The notes beneath the pieces were generated by a model. It saw only the letters and a list, made by a program, of their open reading frames with translations. It was not told where the DNA came from and made no database searches. A program made the position numbers and the translations under genes. From Octopus vulgaris (Eukaryota): a DNA stretch of 64,000 nt. Positions within the stretch are counted from its first letter, which is position 1, and every line of letters starts with the position of its first letter. The stretch lies in contig OX597821.1 in the NCBI GenBank assembly GCA_951406725.2, positions 11,842,001 through 11,906,000 on the forward strand, given 5' to 3'. Below, in pieces: positions 14,581-28,710 of the stretch.

Positions 14581-14794
14581 ATGTATTTCAGTATTACATG
14601 TCAAAAGGGAAACAATGACATCTGTATTGTAATATGAGATGATACTTCCAGTTTTAATAGGTTTCACTATTAAAACTTTGACTTTCTACACACACATGCA
14701 CATATATATATATATGTATATATCTTAATTACATTTCAATTGCTTTCACTACATCTTTACTGAAACAAGTAAAACAATAAAAAAACTATGCTAT

Positions 14795-14832
14795 TTTAAT
14801 CCCAAGCAAGGCCGGGTATCTCTGCAACTAGA
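14795..14832 (-). mobile_element. Possible Helitron/HINE-like terminus
   Basis: CCCAAGCAAGGCCGGG hairpin followed by ...CTAG. A similar ACTAGCTGGCCC start occurs at ~59216. Confidence 0.3.
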
Positions 14833-15231
14833 CATATAGTTCACTTCGAAAACGTGGTAAGTGAAAGACCCTTGATGATATTGCAGCGTCTAGGATGCTT
14901 AATGTGTGGCGCTGCAATTGAAGCAGTTGTGGAAAACGTTTTTATTAAAAAAAAACTTTGGGATTTGAACATAACTCCACTCTCCTCTTCGTGTACAATT
15001 ATAGATATACTTTTATTTTTTACTTGTTTCAGTCATTTGACTGCAGCCACACTGAAAATAAACTGTTTTTACTTCGAATTTTTATAACTGTGTACTATCT
15101 CATAAGATGAGATTCATCAATGAAACCAGTAAAATTTTCTCAAATAATTTTTAAAATAATGAATATTAAATTCCCTCTTAAATTAAAACGCCTTAGACTT
15201 ACTTCATTGCTATTTCCATACCCATGTTTTG

Positions 15232-15303
<72 letters not shown>

Positions 15304-15596
15304 TAAATTAGAGATAAAACCACTACTAGGCAAATCAAACAGTGAAAATCATAAGCCAATACATAGAAATAAATTAATAAAAAATAAGATAAAATATAGA
15401 ATATAAAAAATATGAAATTCCAAATTAAAGTATTTAAATTAAAGTTAAAATTTTAAAAATTATTTAAATAATTTAAACTTATAAATTTTAAATATATATA
15501 TATATAATTATTTATTATTATTATTTTATTTTATTTTATTTAATTATATAACTATCAAAAAGTATTAAAAGTTTAATATAAGATATTAATATAAAA

Positions 15597-15692
15597 ACAC
15601 TACGATCGTTTCATGCCCGTAACCAATTCGAATAACAATAATTTAAATTCAATTAATAATTCGAATTAGGGTTACAGTCAATCTTCAGGTTA
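15597..15692 (-). ncRNA. Hammerhead-like motif with long stem II in an AT-rich PLE-like end (~15300-15740)
   Basis: Reverse complement: CTGAAGA T TGACTGTAACC...GGTTACGGGCA T GAAAC GATC GTA. Palindromic stem III ACGATCGT; stem I weak. Confidence 0.65.
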
Positions 15693-15788
15693 ATTGTAAT
15701 ATTTTAATAAATAAACAGAAATATTTAAACAATATTTTTAAGATGTATATATATATACGTCTGTCTTTTGTAATAACGTTCGTCAATA

Positions 15789-16040
15789 TCGGGCTATGGT
15801 CGGCCCGAGTCTACAGTAGAATATAATTGCCCAAATTGCCACGCAGTGGACTGAACCCGGAACCATGTGGTTGGGAAGCAAACGTCTTACCACGTACCCA
15901 CGTCTACGGCCACATGGCTCCAGCTTCTTTCCCACCGCATGAGCCCTTGGGCAAGTGTCTTCTGCTATAACATCGGGCAGACCAAAGCTTTGTGAGGGGA
16001 TTTGTTAGACGGAAACTGAAATAAGCCCGTCGTATATATA

Positions 16041-16123
<83 letters not shown>

Positions 16124-16529
16124 CGCAGGAGTGGCTGTGTGGTAAGTAGCTTGTTTACCAACCACATGGTTCCGGGTTCAGTCCCACTGCGTAGCACCGT
16201 GGGCAAGTGTCTTCTACTATAGCCTCGGGCCGACCAAAGCCTTGTGAGTGGATTTGGTAGACGGAAACTGAAAGAAGCCCTTTGTATATATGTATATATA
16301 TATATATGCGTGTGTGTGTTTGTGTGTCTGTGTTTGTCCCCCTAGCATTGCTTGACAACCGATGCTGGTGTGTTTATGTCCCCGTTACTTAGCGGTTCGG
16401 CAAAAGAGACCGATAGAATAAGTACTGGGCTTACAAAAGAATAAGTCCCGGGGTCGAGTTGCTCGATTAAAGGCGGTGCTCCAGCATGCCCGCAGTCAAA
16501 TGAATGAAACAAAGAGAGAAAAAAAGAGA

Positions 16530-16563
<34 letters not shown>

Positions 16564-16738
16564 TTGCCTGTGTGTGTGGGTGGGTGTGAGTGTTTGTGTA
16601 TCTGTGGTTGTTTCCCCATCATTGCTTCACAACCGATGCTGGTGTGCTTACGTCCTCGTAACCAAGTGGTTCGAAAAAAAGACCGATAAAATAACTACTA
16701 GGATTACAAAGAATAAGGTCCGCAACAAATAAAAGAAT
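15789..16738 (+). mobile_element. Cluster of SINE family A: inverted head (15789-15905), older host copy (15905-16033 plus 16540-16738) and nested younger copy (16122-16530)
   Basis: A full SINE starting GGCGCAGGAGTGGCTGTGTGG lies inside the internal (TA)n of a more diverged copy, whose tail resumes after 16540. Confidence 0.85.
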
Positions 16739-17214
16739 ATATATATATATATATTAGTTTGTGTATGAGTGTATGTTTGTGTGTGTGTATAGCTGTATAG
16801 AAGATAAAGCAGACGGCATATTATGTTTCCTAAGAGTTCGGTGTGGTTTCTACTCCCAGCATAAACTCATGGGACAAATGTTAAAAAAGAAAGTGCGTGA
16901 TATTCTAATGCATTTGTCAGTCTAACTTTCTTTAATGATACGTTTTTTATCAAAGGTGGAGATATAAAAGGTAGATATCATCTTGGTAGGATTTGACCTG
17001 AGTTTACAAAAAGATATTACGAACTTGAAGAACGCTCTGCGAATTCAGCAGTACATAATTATGCCCATCAGTGTGCACAAATAAACACATACGTATATAA
17101 AGGCGTATAACATAGGTACATAGTGGTGTATAATCGTGTCTCTCATATACGCATATACATTTTCTTTTATATATCTATCTGTCCATTTCCCTAGCTATAT
17201 ATATAGAGAGAGAG

Positions 17215-17373
<159 letters not shown>

Positions 17374-17409
17374 GAAATGAATAGATAATGGACACATATA
17401 TATATGTAC

Positions 17410-17441
<32 letters not shown>

Positions 17442-18226
17442 GTACATATATTATGTGAATGTTAAAGGTCCGGAAAAGTGTACGAAGCAAACTCATCTCC
17501 ATCCCCTGACGTAACCATTAAGAATATATACTCTTGCATAGAGTACCCCACCACCAAACTCCAACTAATATTCGCATATATAGTTATATAAATGAATGCA
17601 TACATATTGTATAAATAAATATTTACTCACGCACGCACATACACACATATACACACTCATGCGTGCCCACACATGAACGCAAGCCTACACATAGTTTTAA
17701 GCATGTATGTAAGTATGTATGTATGTATGTATGTACATACAAGTACGGCAATTCACATTCCAGATATCGTTATAACTGCACGGCACGCTTACGCTACATA
17801 ATAAGGACAGGGTTACGTTTTAACGAGCCTAATAATGGAATGGAATATATAATAATAAAAACAATATATGCATTAGGAAAGCTGAAAATGTGTGAATAGT
17901 GACAGAGGCCGTTATTTAATGGGAAACGATTCGTAGATGATTGTATGATTGCAGGTCGCAATTAGAGCGGTCATATTTCTTTCACATTAAAATATGTGGG
18001 TTTAATATTTACACAAATGTATTAAGTATATATATATTGCGAATGATGATGAAAGTGTGCCATTCTAAAACGCACACAGGCACATATGTACATAGGCACG
18101 TATACACACAAGTACTCACACGTATATACATACGCATACAAGCACATATAAATGCATATACATACACAAACACATATATATATGATATATATATATGTAT
18201 ATGTATACATATATATATATAAATAA

Positions 18227-18264
<38 letters not shown>

Positions 18265-18282
18265 ATATGAATATTATATATT

Positions 18283-18321
<39 letters not shown>

Positions 18322-18681
18322 CATGTGTATACGTGAGTGTCAGATGTGTGTGTGTGTGTGTATGTACGTATGTATCTTGAACATACATGCCTAAACACAT
18401 TCACAGAAAAATATACATAACGAAATACAAATACTCATATATCCAGACATATTTGCATCTATTCACATGCATGGGTTCATAACATAAATCAGGATTTGAT
18501 GTGTCTTTCATAGTGAAACCATAAAGAAGAATACTTTTTCTATTAATTTTATTGTCCATCGCTGCATCTTCCCACTAACTCATTTGTGTCGAGCTCGCCT
18601 ATATATATATATCTATCTCTCTCTCTATATATATATAGAGAGAGAGATAGATAGATATAGATATATGTATATATATATATG

Positions 18682-20510
<1,829 letters not shown>

Positions 20511-20548
20511 CATATATGCATGTATGTATGTATGTATCTATCTATCTA

Positions 20549-20612
<64 letters not shown>

Positions 20613-21267
20613 TATATTATATTATATTATATATCTATCTATTATCTATCTATGTATCTATCTATGTATCTATCTATCAATCTATCTATCCATCTATCTA
20701 TCTAGCTAGCTATATATCTATCAATCTGTCTATCTATCTATTTATCTCTCTCTCTGTCTCTCTTTATATATATATATATACACATGCGTATATTATATAT
20801 TATAAATATATATATACATAACTATCTAAGCATTCCAATCACGCTCCCCACGTCCTGTACCCATATAATCATGTATATGTGTGTCTTTGTGCGTATATAT
20901 GTATGTATGTATGTACGTATGTATGTATACAAGTGTTCATGTATGTATGCGGGCATTTAAATGTATCATGCTTCTTCTTCATCCCAGATTACTCTCTTTT
21001 ACTCTCCAATTGTAATATCTTACCAACATGCATTTTATTTAATTTCCTTTCGTATAAGCTATATTTCCTTAGGGCGAACGCACTGTGATAGTTTCGAAAT
21101 GGTGTCTATACTTCCAGTTTATTTAGTTCTATACACACACACACACACACGCACACAAACACACATGCACATATACACACACATATATATACGTATACTT
21201 AAATGTGAAGACAGATATATAAGTATATTAAGTTACGCGTGCAAACAAACCTATAACTGTTTATACA

Positions 21268-21315
<48 letters not shown>

Positions 21316-22140
21316 ATATATGTACATGAACACACATGCATACATACATAGATTCATACATCTGTGCGTACATGAATATATGAATGTAAGTTTATGTATA
21401 ATAAAATAACGGAAATGAGATCCATGGCTATCCATCATACAAAAGCTATAATATTCTTATGTGCAGCGCTTCTATATCTTTTATTCATCTACATTTGCAT
21501 CCAAATTTGCTGTGTCATACATAAACTGTAGCCGTAAAAATTACTTCGAACTCGTAACGTCTATTTTATCTTTTTTGTAGGGCAAGTCTACTGCCATTGC
21601 TATGGTGACACAATTGTCATTGGCATCATAGCTGCACTCGTTGTTGATGTTGGTGAATGTGGTGGTTGTAATTATGGCATCGGTGATGTCACTGATGTCA
21701 TGAAGAATTTATAGCCTTAGTAGTAGTTCTGGCTAGAGGGGGGGATTATCTTTCTGCTGATTGTTATCCAATGATATGCACTTCCTGCGCATACACTAAC
21801 ACACACATATGCTCATATACGCAGAGAAAAAAAATCCATAAATGCACGCATTTACCCACGCACATAAAAAACATACGAACACTCATGCGTATGTATATCT
21901 ATCTCTCATCTTTTTTTTCCTCCGGTCATTTAAATGCGGCCATGCTGGGACAGCTTTTCAGGAATTTTATTCGAATGAAACGACAACGGTAAAAAATATT
22001 TAAAGCCTGGTACTAATTCCATCGGGATTTTATGGTGGACCTCTACTATACGGGAAGTTAAAGGATCCAACACCGTTTGATAGTCGGTGGTGGTAAACAC
22101 TGCCACAAAGCCACACACACACACACGTATATACATACAT

Positions 22141-22202
<62 letters not shown>

Positions 22203-22420
22203 ACTAATAAATCTCTGAACGAGATATAAACAGTAACTGCTCGACAACGTAAGGGGGATCAGCCATCTGAATGTGACTAGGGACAGGGCGGGGTGGTGAG
22301 GGTGTTACTGATGCTTTTAGCCCCAGGCGATCATCAACGTCACCAGAAGGGCTGACACCATATCAGTGTCCTTGTTTGCCTGTAAAGGGAGGTCATCCTC
22401 CCTCGAAGATACGGATACTA

Positions 22421-22463
22421 CATACGGACCGGTTTCGAGGTCATTGCCTCTTATCAACGTATG
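22421..22463 (-). ncRNA. Minimal type I hammerhead ribozyme (U3-A8 core)
   Basis: Reverse complement: CATACG TTGATAA GAGG CAATGA CCTC GAAAC CG GTC CGTATG. 6-bp stem I, 4-bp stem II, palindromic stem III, GUC cleavage triplet. Confidence 0.85.
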
Positions 22464-22751
22464 GTAAGCACCGCTCTTCGCTGAAGGATTCCCTCTACAG
22501 GCAATATATATAAGGTTTTTCACAGTAACTACTGTCACTGATGTAGAAAAACTGTCTGAAAACAATAATAAATCTCTGAACGAGATATAAACAGTAACTG
22601 CTCGACAACGTAAGGGTGTTACTGATGCTTTTAGCCCCAGGCGATCATATTCTTTTCAGACAGTTTTTCTACATCAGTGACAGTAGTTACTGTGAAAAAC
22701 CTTATATATGTTGCCTGTAGAGGGAATCCTTCAGCGAAGAGCGGTCCTTAC

Positions 22752-22794
22752 CATGCGTTGATAAGAGGCAATGACCTCGAAACCGGTCCGTATG
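22752..22794 (+). ncRNA. Minimal type I hammerhead ribozyme (U3-A8 core), inverted copy
   Basis: CATGCG TTGATAA GAGG CAATGA CCTC GAAAC CG GTC CGTATG. One G-U in stem I; predicted cleavage after 22788. Confidence 0.85.
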
Positions 22795-22966
22795 TAGTAT
22801 TCGTATCTTCGAGGGAGGATGACCTCTCTTTGCAGGCAAACAAAGACACTGAGATGGTGTTAGCCCTTCTGGTGACGTTGATGATCGCCTGGGGCTAAAA
22901 GCATCAGTAACACCCCCACCACCCCGCCCTGTCCTTAGCCACATTCAGATGGCTGATCCCCCTTAC

Positions 22967-23308
<342 letters not shown>

Positions 23309-23324
23309 CATATATATATACTCA

Positions 23325-23390
<66 letters not shown>

Positions 23391-23395
<5 letters not shown>

Positions 23396-24550
23396 GGAGT
23401 TTACGAAAAAAACAACAAAAGACGAAGACAGGTGGTGTACAAAACAAAAGATGTATTAGTATAACGCTGAGGAATAGAAGTCTTTTACGTTTGGAGCCTA
23501 CACAGAAAAGAAGGAAAGACAATATGTGTGTAGTGGCTAACGATCTATCATGGCGTCTGACTCGGACAGAAGGGTCACACCGGAGAAGGAAAATAGGGGA
23601 GGTAACAAAGTGAAGAGGAACCCCCAACACGAAGGTGCGTGTGTGTATAAGAGTGTATGTATGTGCGTGTGAAAGAAGGCTGGTGGTCTGGACGTGTGCG
23701 TGTATGTATGTGTAGGTGTGAAAATGTGGGGATGGGTGTGTGGGTGGTTGTGTGGGCGGTGTGTCGTGATGTGATGTGTAATGTTGTATTGTGTAGTATG
23801 GTGTGGTGTGATGTTGTTGGAAGGTGGGGGAGGCGGGAGTAGGGAAAGCACGGGTGGAGTGTGAGTTCGGCTGAGGGTTGGGATAGATTTGGGGTTTGTT
23901 GGTACGCTGAGGGTGGGGGTAGAGGCGGGATATGTAGGGGAGGGTGAGTGGGATAGCATAGGGGATGGGAAAGATAGGGAAGGTGGAGTGGGGATGTGTA
24001 GGGGTGGGTGGGCTTATGGGGGGAAGGTGGGTGAGCGAGGAGAGAGAGGAGGAGAGAAGAGGGAAAGAAAGTAAGAGACGAGAGAGAAAGAGAGAAGAGA
24101 GAGAAAGAGAGTAAGAGAGAAAGAGAGTAAGGGAGAAGAGGGAAAGAGAATAGGGATGAAGAGAAGTAAGAGTCGGGCAAAAGAGGAGAGTTGGGTGAGA
24201 AGAAGGAGAAGGGAGGGGAGGAGAGAAGATGAGTGAGGGAGCAGAAAGAAAGAGAGAAGAGAGAAACAGTGTAAGGGAGAAGAGGGAAAGAGAGTAGAGG
24301 TGAAAAGTTGTAGAAGTGAGGAGAAGTATGAGTCGGGGGGGGAGATTAGATGAAGAGGGGAGGAGAGCTGAGACCAAATGGCGTAAAAGAGCGAAGAGAG
24401 AAGAGTAATCCCTGTTCACGGCGCAAACGGCAGTCCGGATGGCCTCTGTGCAAGGACAATCCGAACACAGGGAGGTGTTGCAAGGAGTGACCTGTGGAGC
24501 GGAAATGGCATGAGACCGGGGTGTCATTGCCGAGGCGGATGTCTCGGAGG
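23391..24550 (-). mobile_element. 5'-truncated Penelope-like element (Neptune type) 3' end in (TA)n
   Basis: Frame 24346-24550 gives LRDIRLGNDTPVSCHFRSTGH...REQGLLFSLRSFTPFGLS, the GIY-YIG C-terminus, homologous to 33560-33769. It is followed by a pyrimidine-rich tail and a decayed hammerhead near 23480-23505. Confidence 0.85.
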
Positions 24551-24574
24551 TATATATATATATATACATACAAA

Positions 24575-24740
24575 CCAGAGACAGGTTTCTTTCAGTTTCT
24601 GCCTACAAAATCCACTCACAAGTCATTCATTATCCATAGTCTATAGAAGAAGACGTATGCGTATAGTACCATATGGTTGTACCGAACACGGAGTAATATG
24701 GTTTAGAACTCTGTGGCTGAGAAGTGGAAATCTTACCTCA
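24575..24740 (-). mobile_element. Diverged SINE family A head
   Basis: TTTCTTCAGTTTCTGCCTACAAAATCCACTCACAAG is the reverse complement of the family A body. Confidence 0.65.
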
Positions 24741-24781
24741 CACACACACTCACACATATATATGTTTATAAATATATATAT

Positions 24782-24847
<66 letters not shown>

Positions 24848-24869
24848 GTATATTTATTTTATAGAAGGG

Positions 24870-24918
24870 GCTTCTACAGGACTAGAACTGTTTCATTCCG
24901 ATGAAATCTTCAGGAAGC
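24870..24918 (-). ncRNA. Type I hammerhead ribozyme
   Basis: Reverse complement: GCTTC CTGAAGA TTTC ATCG GAAT GAAAC AG TTCTAGTC CT GTA GAAGC. 5-bp stem I, 4-bp stem III, GUA triplet. Confidence 0.82.
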
Positions 24919-25595
24919 TGGCTGTCAAAATAAGTTCTGGTATATATACATTTAGGCAGATTTAATGGGGTGGTAGTGGGGGACGTTTTTGGGTAGGTTG
25001 GTATTTAGGAGATAAACGGGGCACAAGCTATTGTTCTTAGGGGAGTGGTCAAAAGGTCATGAGAAGAATCAGTGAGAAGAATCAGTGAGAAAATAAATAA
25101 ATGAATAAATAGAATAATTGAATAGAAACAGATATCTGGGATGGGTTTTTTTTAGAAGACAATTGCTTTTTGGTGGTCAAGAGGAGGTAGGCAGTTTGTT
25201 ATTGTTAAGTTGAGGGAATAAATAGATAAATATACATGAAAAAACATATAAAATAAATATACATACAAACACACATACATACACATGCGAATATACATAT
25301 ATATACATACATACGCACATATATATATACATACAAACACATACATACATATATACAAATATACATACACACACATATATATATACATATATATATTTAA
25401 TGAAATGGATAAATGAATTATCTTCTTACGGATTATTCAAAATTTAACCGATACCTGTGTAGCAAAAATCCAACCTGAAAAAACACGGTTGAGGTTACGA
25501 CCATGGGGTTTCGCCCCCGTGCTTTAGCGCGGGTATATATTTAGTGAAGGGAAGAAATGGAGCCTAACGAAGATTCTACAAAATTCCTTTTAATT

Positions 25596-25681
25596 ATTTT
25601 CTACACATGTTTCAAAGGCTGCAAATTCCCAAATTCGGATTGAATAAGGAGACCATTCTGCAGCTTTCTCTTCAGGAAAAT
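25596..25681 (-). ncRNA. Type I hammerhead ribozyme with extended stem II
   Basis: Reverse complement: ATTTTC CTGAAGA GAAAGCTGCAGA...TTTGCAGCCTTT GAAAC ATGT GTA GAAAAT. 6-bp stem I. Confidence 0.82.
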
Positions 25682-25961
25682 CCAGGAATTTAAAATCTCA
25701 AAACAAATGCGCAGGAAGCTTTTCGAACAAAACGCTCCCTAGGGGCCCATGGTCTCCTTATTCAATCCGAATTTGGGAATTTGCAGCCTTTGAAACATGT
25801 GTAGAAAATAATTAAAATGAATTTTGTAGAATCTTCGTTCGGCTCCATTTCTTCCCTTCACTAAATATACATATACATATATATACATATATATACACAT
25901 ACATATACATATGCATACATACACCTACATACACGAATACACACGCACATACATATATATA

Positions 25962-26011
<50 letters not shown>

Positions 26012-26147
26012 TACAAATACACATATGCATACATACAGAAATATACCCACGTTCATATAAACATATACATAAATACATACATGCATATACATATATACAT
26101 ATACACATATACATACATACATACACACATATAAATACACACACATG

Positions 26148-26207
<60 letters not shown>

Positions 26208-26514
26208 AACATATACATATGTAAATACATACATATAAATATATACTCATGTACACACATACCTACATAAGTACATACACACACATACAAACATATGCAT
26301 ATATACATATATATATATATATATATACATCTACATATACACGCGCATACATACATATGCACATATATACACATACACACGTATACACGCATCCTAAGAA
26401 CAATAGCTTGTGCCCTGTTTATCTCTTAAATACCAACCTACCCAAAAACGTCCCCCCCACCACCCCATTAAATCTGCCTAAATGTACATATACCAGAACT
26501 TATTTTGACAGCCA

Positions 26515-26563
26515 GCTTCCTGAACATTTCATCGGAATGAAACAGTTCTAGTCCTGTAGAAGC
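26515..26563 (+). ncRNA. Hammerhead copy with core G8>C change (probably inactive)
   Basis: Same as 24870-24918 but the core reads CTGAACA. Confidence 0.7.
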
Positions 26564-26659
26564 TCCTTCTATAAAATAAATTACTTTACTCTGCTATGTA
26601 TTGAGTACCTTATTTACTGTGGTTAACCCCGACTCAACCCGGGACCTACATATATATAT

Positions 26660-28340
26660 ATATATATATATATTAATAAATAAAACATATGCATATATAT
26701 AAACATATATGTACGTACCTACCTTTACATGTACATATACACGCATATATGAGTACAGGACACCAAAAAGACGTCGAATACAATGAGAAACGAAAACATA
26801 GACACAAACCCAAGGAACTGGACATTTTTTTAAACAACAAAAAATAGTGTACATGACAAATAACACAAGGAAAAAAACCCTTCTTCAGTCGCCATGGTTT
26901 CATCTACTCTACGTTTCGATATATATATATCCTCTTCACTTCGCTTCTCCTGCACTATTTCGACACATCAGTCGCCTTTCCCGACTTTTCGGTCAGCATT
27001 CATCGCTCCACTCTCAACACCTCCATCGACTACACATATACCAACTCACACTTATACCTCAGACATTTTTAGTAATCTATGTATGATTACTATATATGAT
27101 TATACTATGTAAGATTAGTATAGATTACTAAAAATCTTCGTTGCAAACTTGGAATGAAATTCTCCCTACTTTCTTTTTTTTTTTGTTATTCTCCTATACT
27201 AAATAGTATAAAATCTATGTCCCTAAAGAAACTACTCAGTTCACCTTCATTACCTCACTTCCATTTCTTAATATATCATTAACCTAGGATATTTTTACCT
27301 AACTAATTAGCCTTTCTCCGCGGGTAGTAAATATTATGTCTAACATTCTATATTTTAATTCATTAATAACATTTCAGTATCTACTAAATCTGAATAATTT
27401 ACTCTTCTTAATTACTTCTCTTCATAAAAATAAATCACCTTTTACTAAACCTATGAAAACCTTTCTTCTTGATTACTCCTCTTCCAGTTTTCCTATTATA
27501 TATTTTTGACCCCTAATACAGTCACCTGATTAATAAGACTTTTGTCCTCGGTTAATGTGCATTATGGCCACTCATAATAAGCGATAGATTTTACTCCAAA
27601 ATTAATAAATATTAGATTTATAATTTCTCCTTTAATCCAACGTAACAAAATATTCAAAACCTACCAGCTAAATATAAAGTATATTGATGTATATAAATAT
27701 AAAAGAATCTCTGTATTCTCTATATGTGCTCACTTTGACTATTTGACATTGACCTAGTTTTCCTAATACAAAATCTGTTTGCCAAATAGTAGTAAACGGC
27801 CTCTGTAGGATTACAACCCTCTCTCTCTATCTCAATTTCTTTATATAGAACTTTGACATCTATTTCATCCCTATTTCTATAAATAGAAAATCTTTCTTTT
27901 CTCCTTTCAATTGATCATTCTTCTCAAACATTCTAGCAGTTCAAAACAACTGAATGTTCTGAATATTCTTCAGTCAGTTGATAAACTCTACTACCCTTAA
28001 TGTTCTTAAAATTTAAATCGACATATTTGTCTATATATCTACCTTCTCTATAATGTTATCAATTGATATAAAAATTATGTATTAATGGAAAACATCTATT
28101 AATGACTGATGATTGCTCAGCATTTTAAAATTGTTGTAATACTTACAACATTTAATAAAATGATGTAGCGTGAAACGATCGTACCAAATTACCGAAGTTA
28201 TTCATGTTGCTTATTTTGATTATAATCACCCCATGGATTTATATGCATAACACCTTACAAAATCCTGGTCCATCTAACTTAAGTACCATATTCATTTGAA
28301 TCTAAATTTTGCTGAACTTATGTATATTTTTTAAATTTTA
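26660..28340. mobile_element. Highly decayed PLE relic(s)
   Basis: Minus-strand YIG-KTGR-like remnant near 27480-27510, a plus-strand hammerhead at 28101-28190, and a PLE-like end near 26660-26920. Confidence 0.4.
28101..28190 (+). ncRNA. Hammerhead-like motif with long stem II
   Basis: CTGATGA T TGCT..CATTTTA..TGTTGTAA TAC TTACAACA..TAAAATG..AGCG T GAAAC GATC GTA. Same design as 15597-15692. Confidence 0.68.
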
Positions 28341-28636
28341 TCTAGTTTCAGCTCACGAGCTGCGGCGATGCTGGGGCACCGCCATTTGAAAGAATAATAT
28401 ATATATATAAGAAATATTGAATTTCTAAATCTCTCGTAGAGACATGTACGGTGGTGGGGCGATAGAATGGTTGTATACTGTCAATCTAACAAGAACGTGA
28501 CAGTAGGGGGTACACCACCGTTGTATAGCCCTAGGAGGCATCGAACGCCTCCTGACAGCTACGACACATTTTTTCCCTGTGTTCTTATATACATCTATGA
28601 AGGGGAGACAAACATCCCCGGCCGTCGGAACTGCAT

Positions 28637-28680
28637 CTAGTGACACCGTGTTTCAGGATCATTGTCCTTCATCGGCCTAG
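28637..28680 (-). ncRNA. Minimal type I hammerhead ribozyme (variant)
   Basis: Reverse complement: CTAGG CCGATGA AGGA CAATGA TCCT GAAAC ACGGT GTC ACTAG. Same CAATGA loop II as the 22.4/22.8-kb hammerheads. Confidence 0.75.
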
Positions 28681-28710
28681 AGTAGCAGACACCGGTCGGA
28701 TGGTGATATT

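Larger units (their letters stand above)
24852..26581. repeat. Nested inverted repeats: outer arms 24852-25041 / 26393-26581, inner arms ~25538-25656 / 25749-25869
   Basis: Arms are direct reverse complements. Each pair carries a different hammerhead family. Confidence 0.88.

Noticed and set aside
21581-21713. Possible exon after TTTTTTGTAG
   Set aside because: Looks like a decayed trinucleotide-repeat tract, with no recognisable protein.
22317-22898. Paired 82-aa and 73-aa ORFs with similar sequence
   Set aside because: They are the two arms of a DNA inverted repeat, have non-ATG starts and no domain signal. The hammerhead explains the conserved part.
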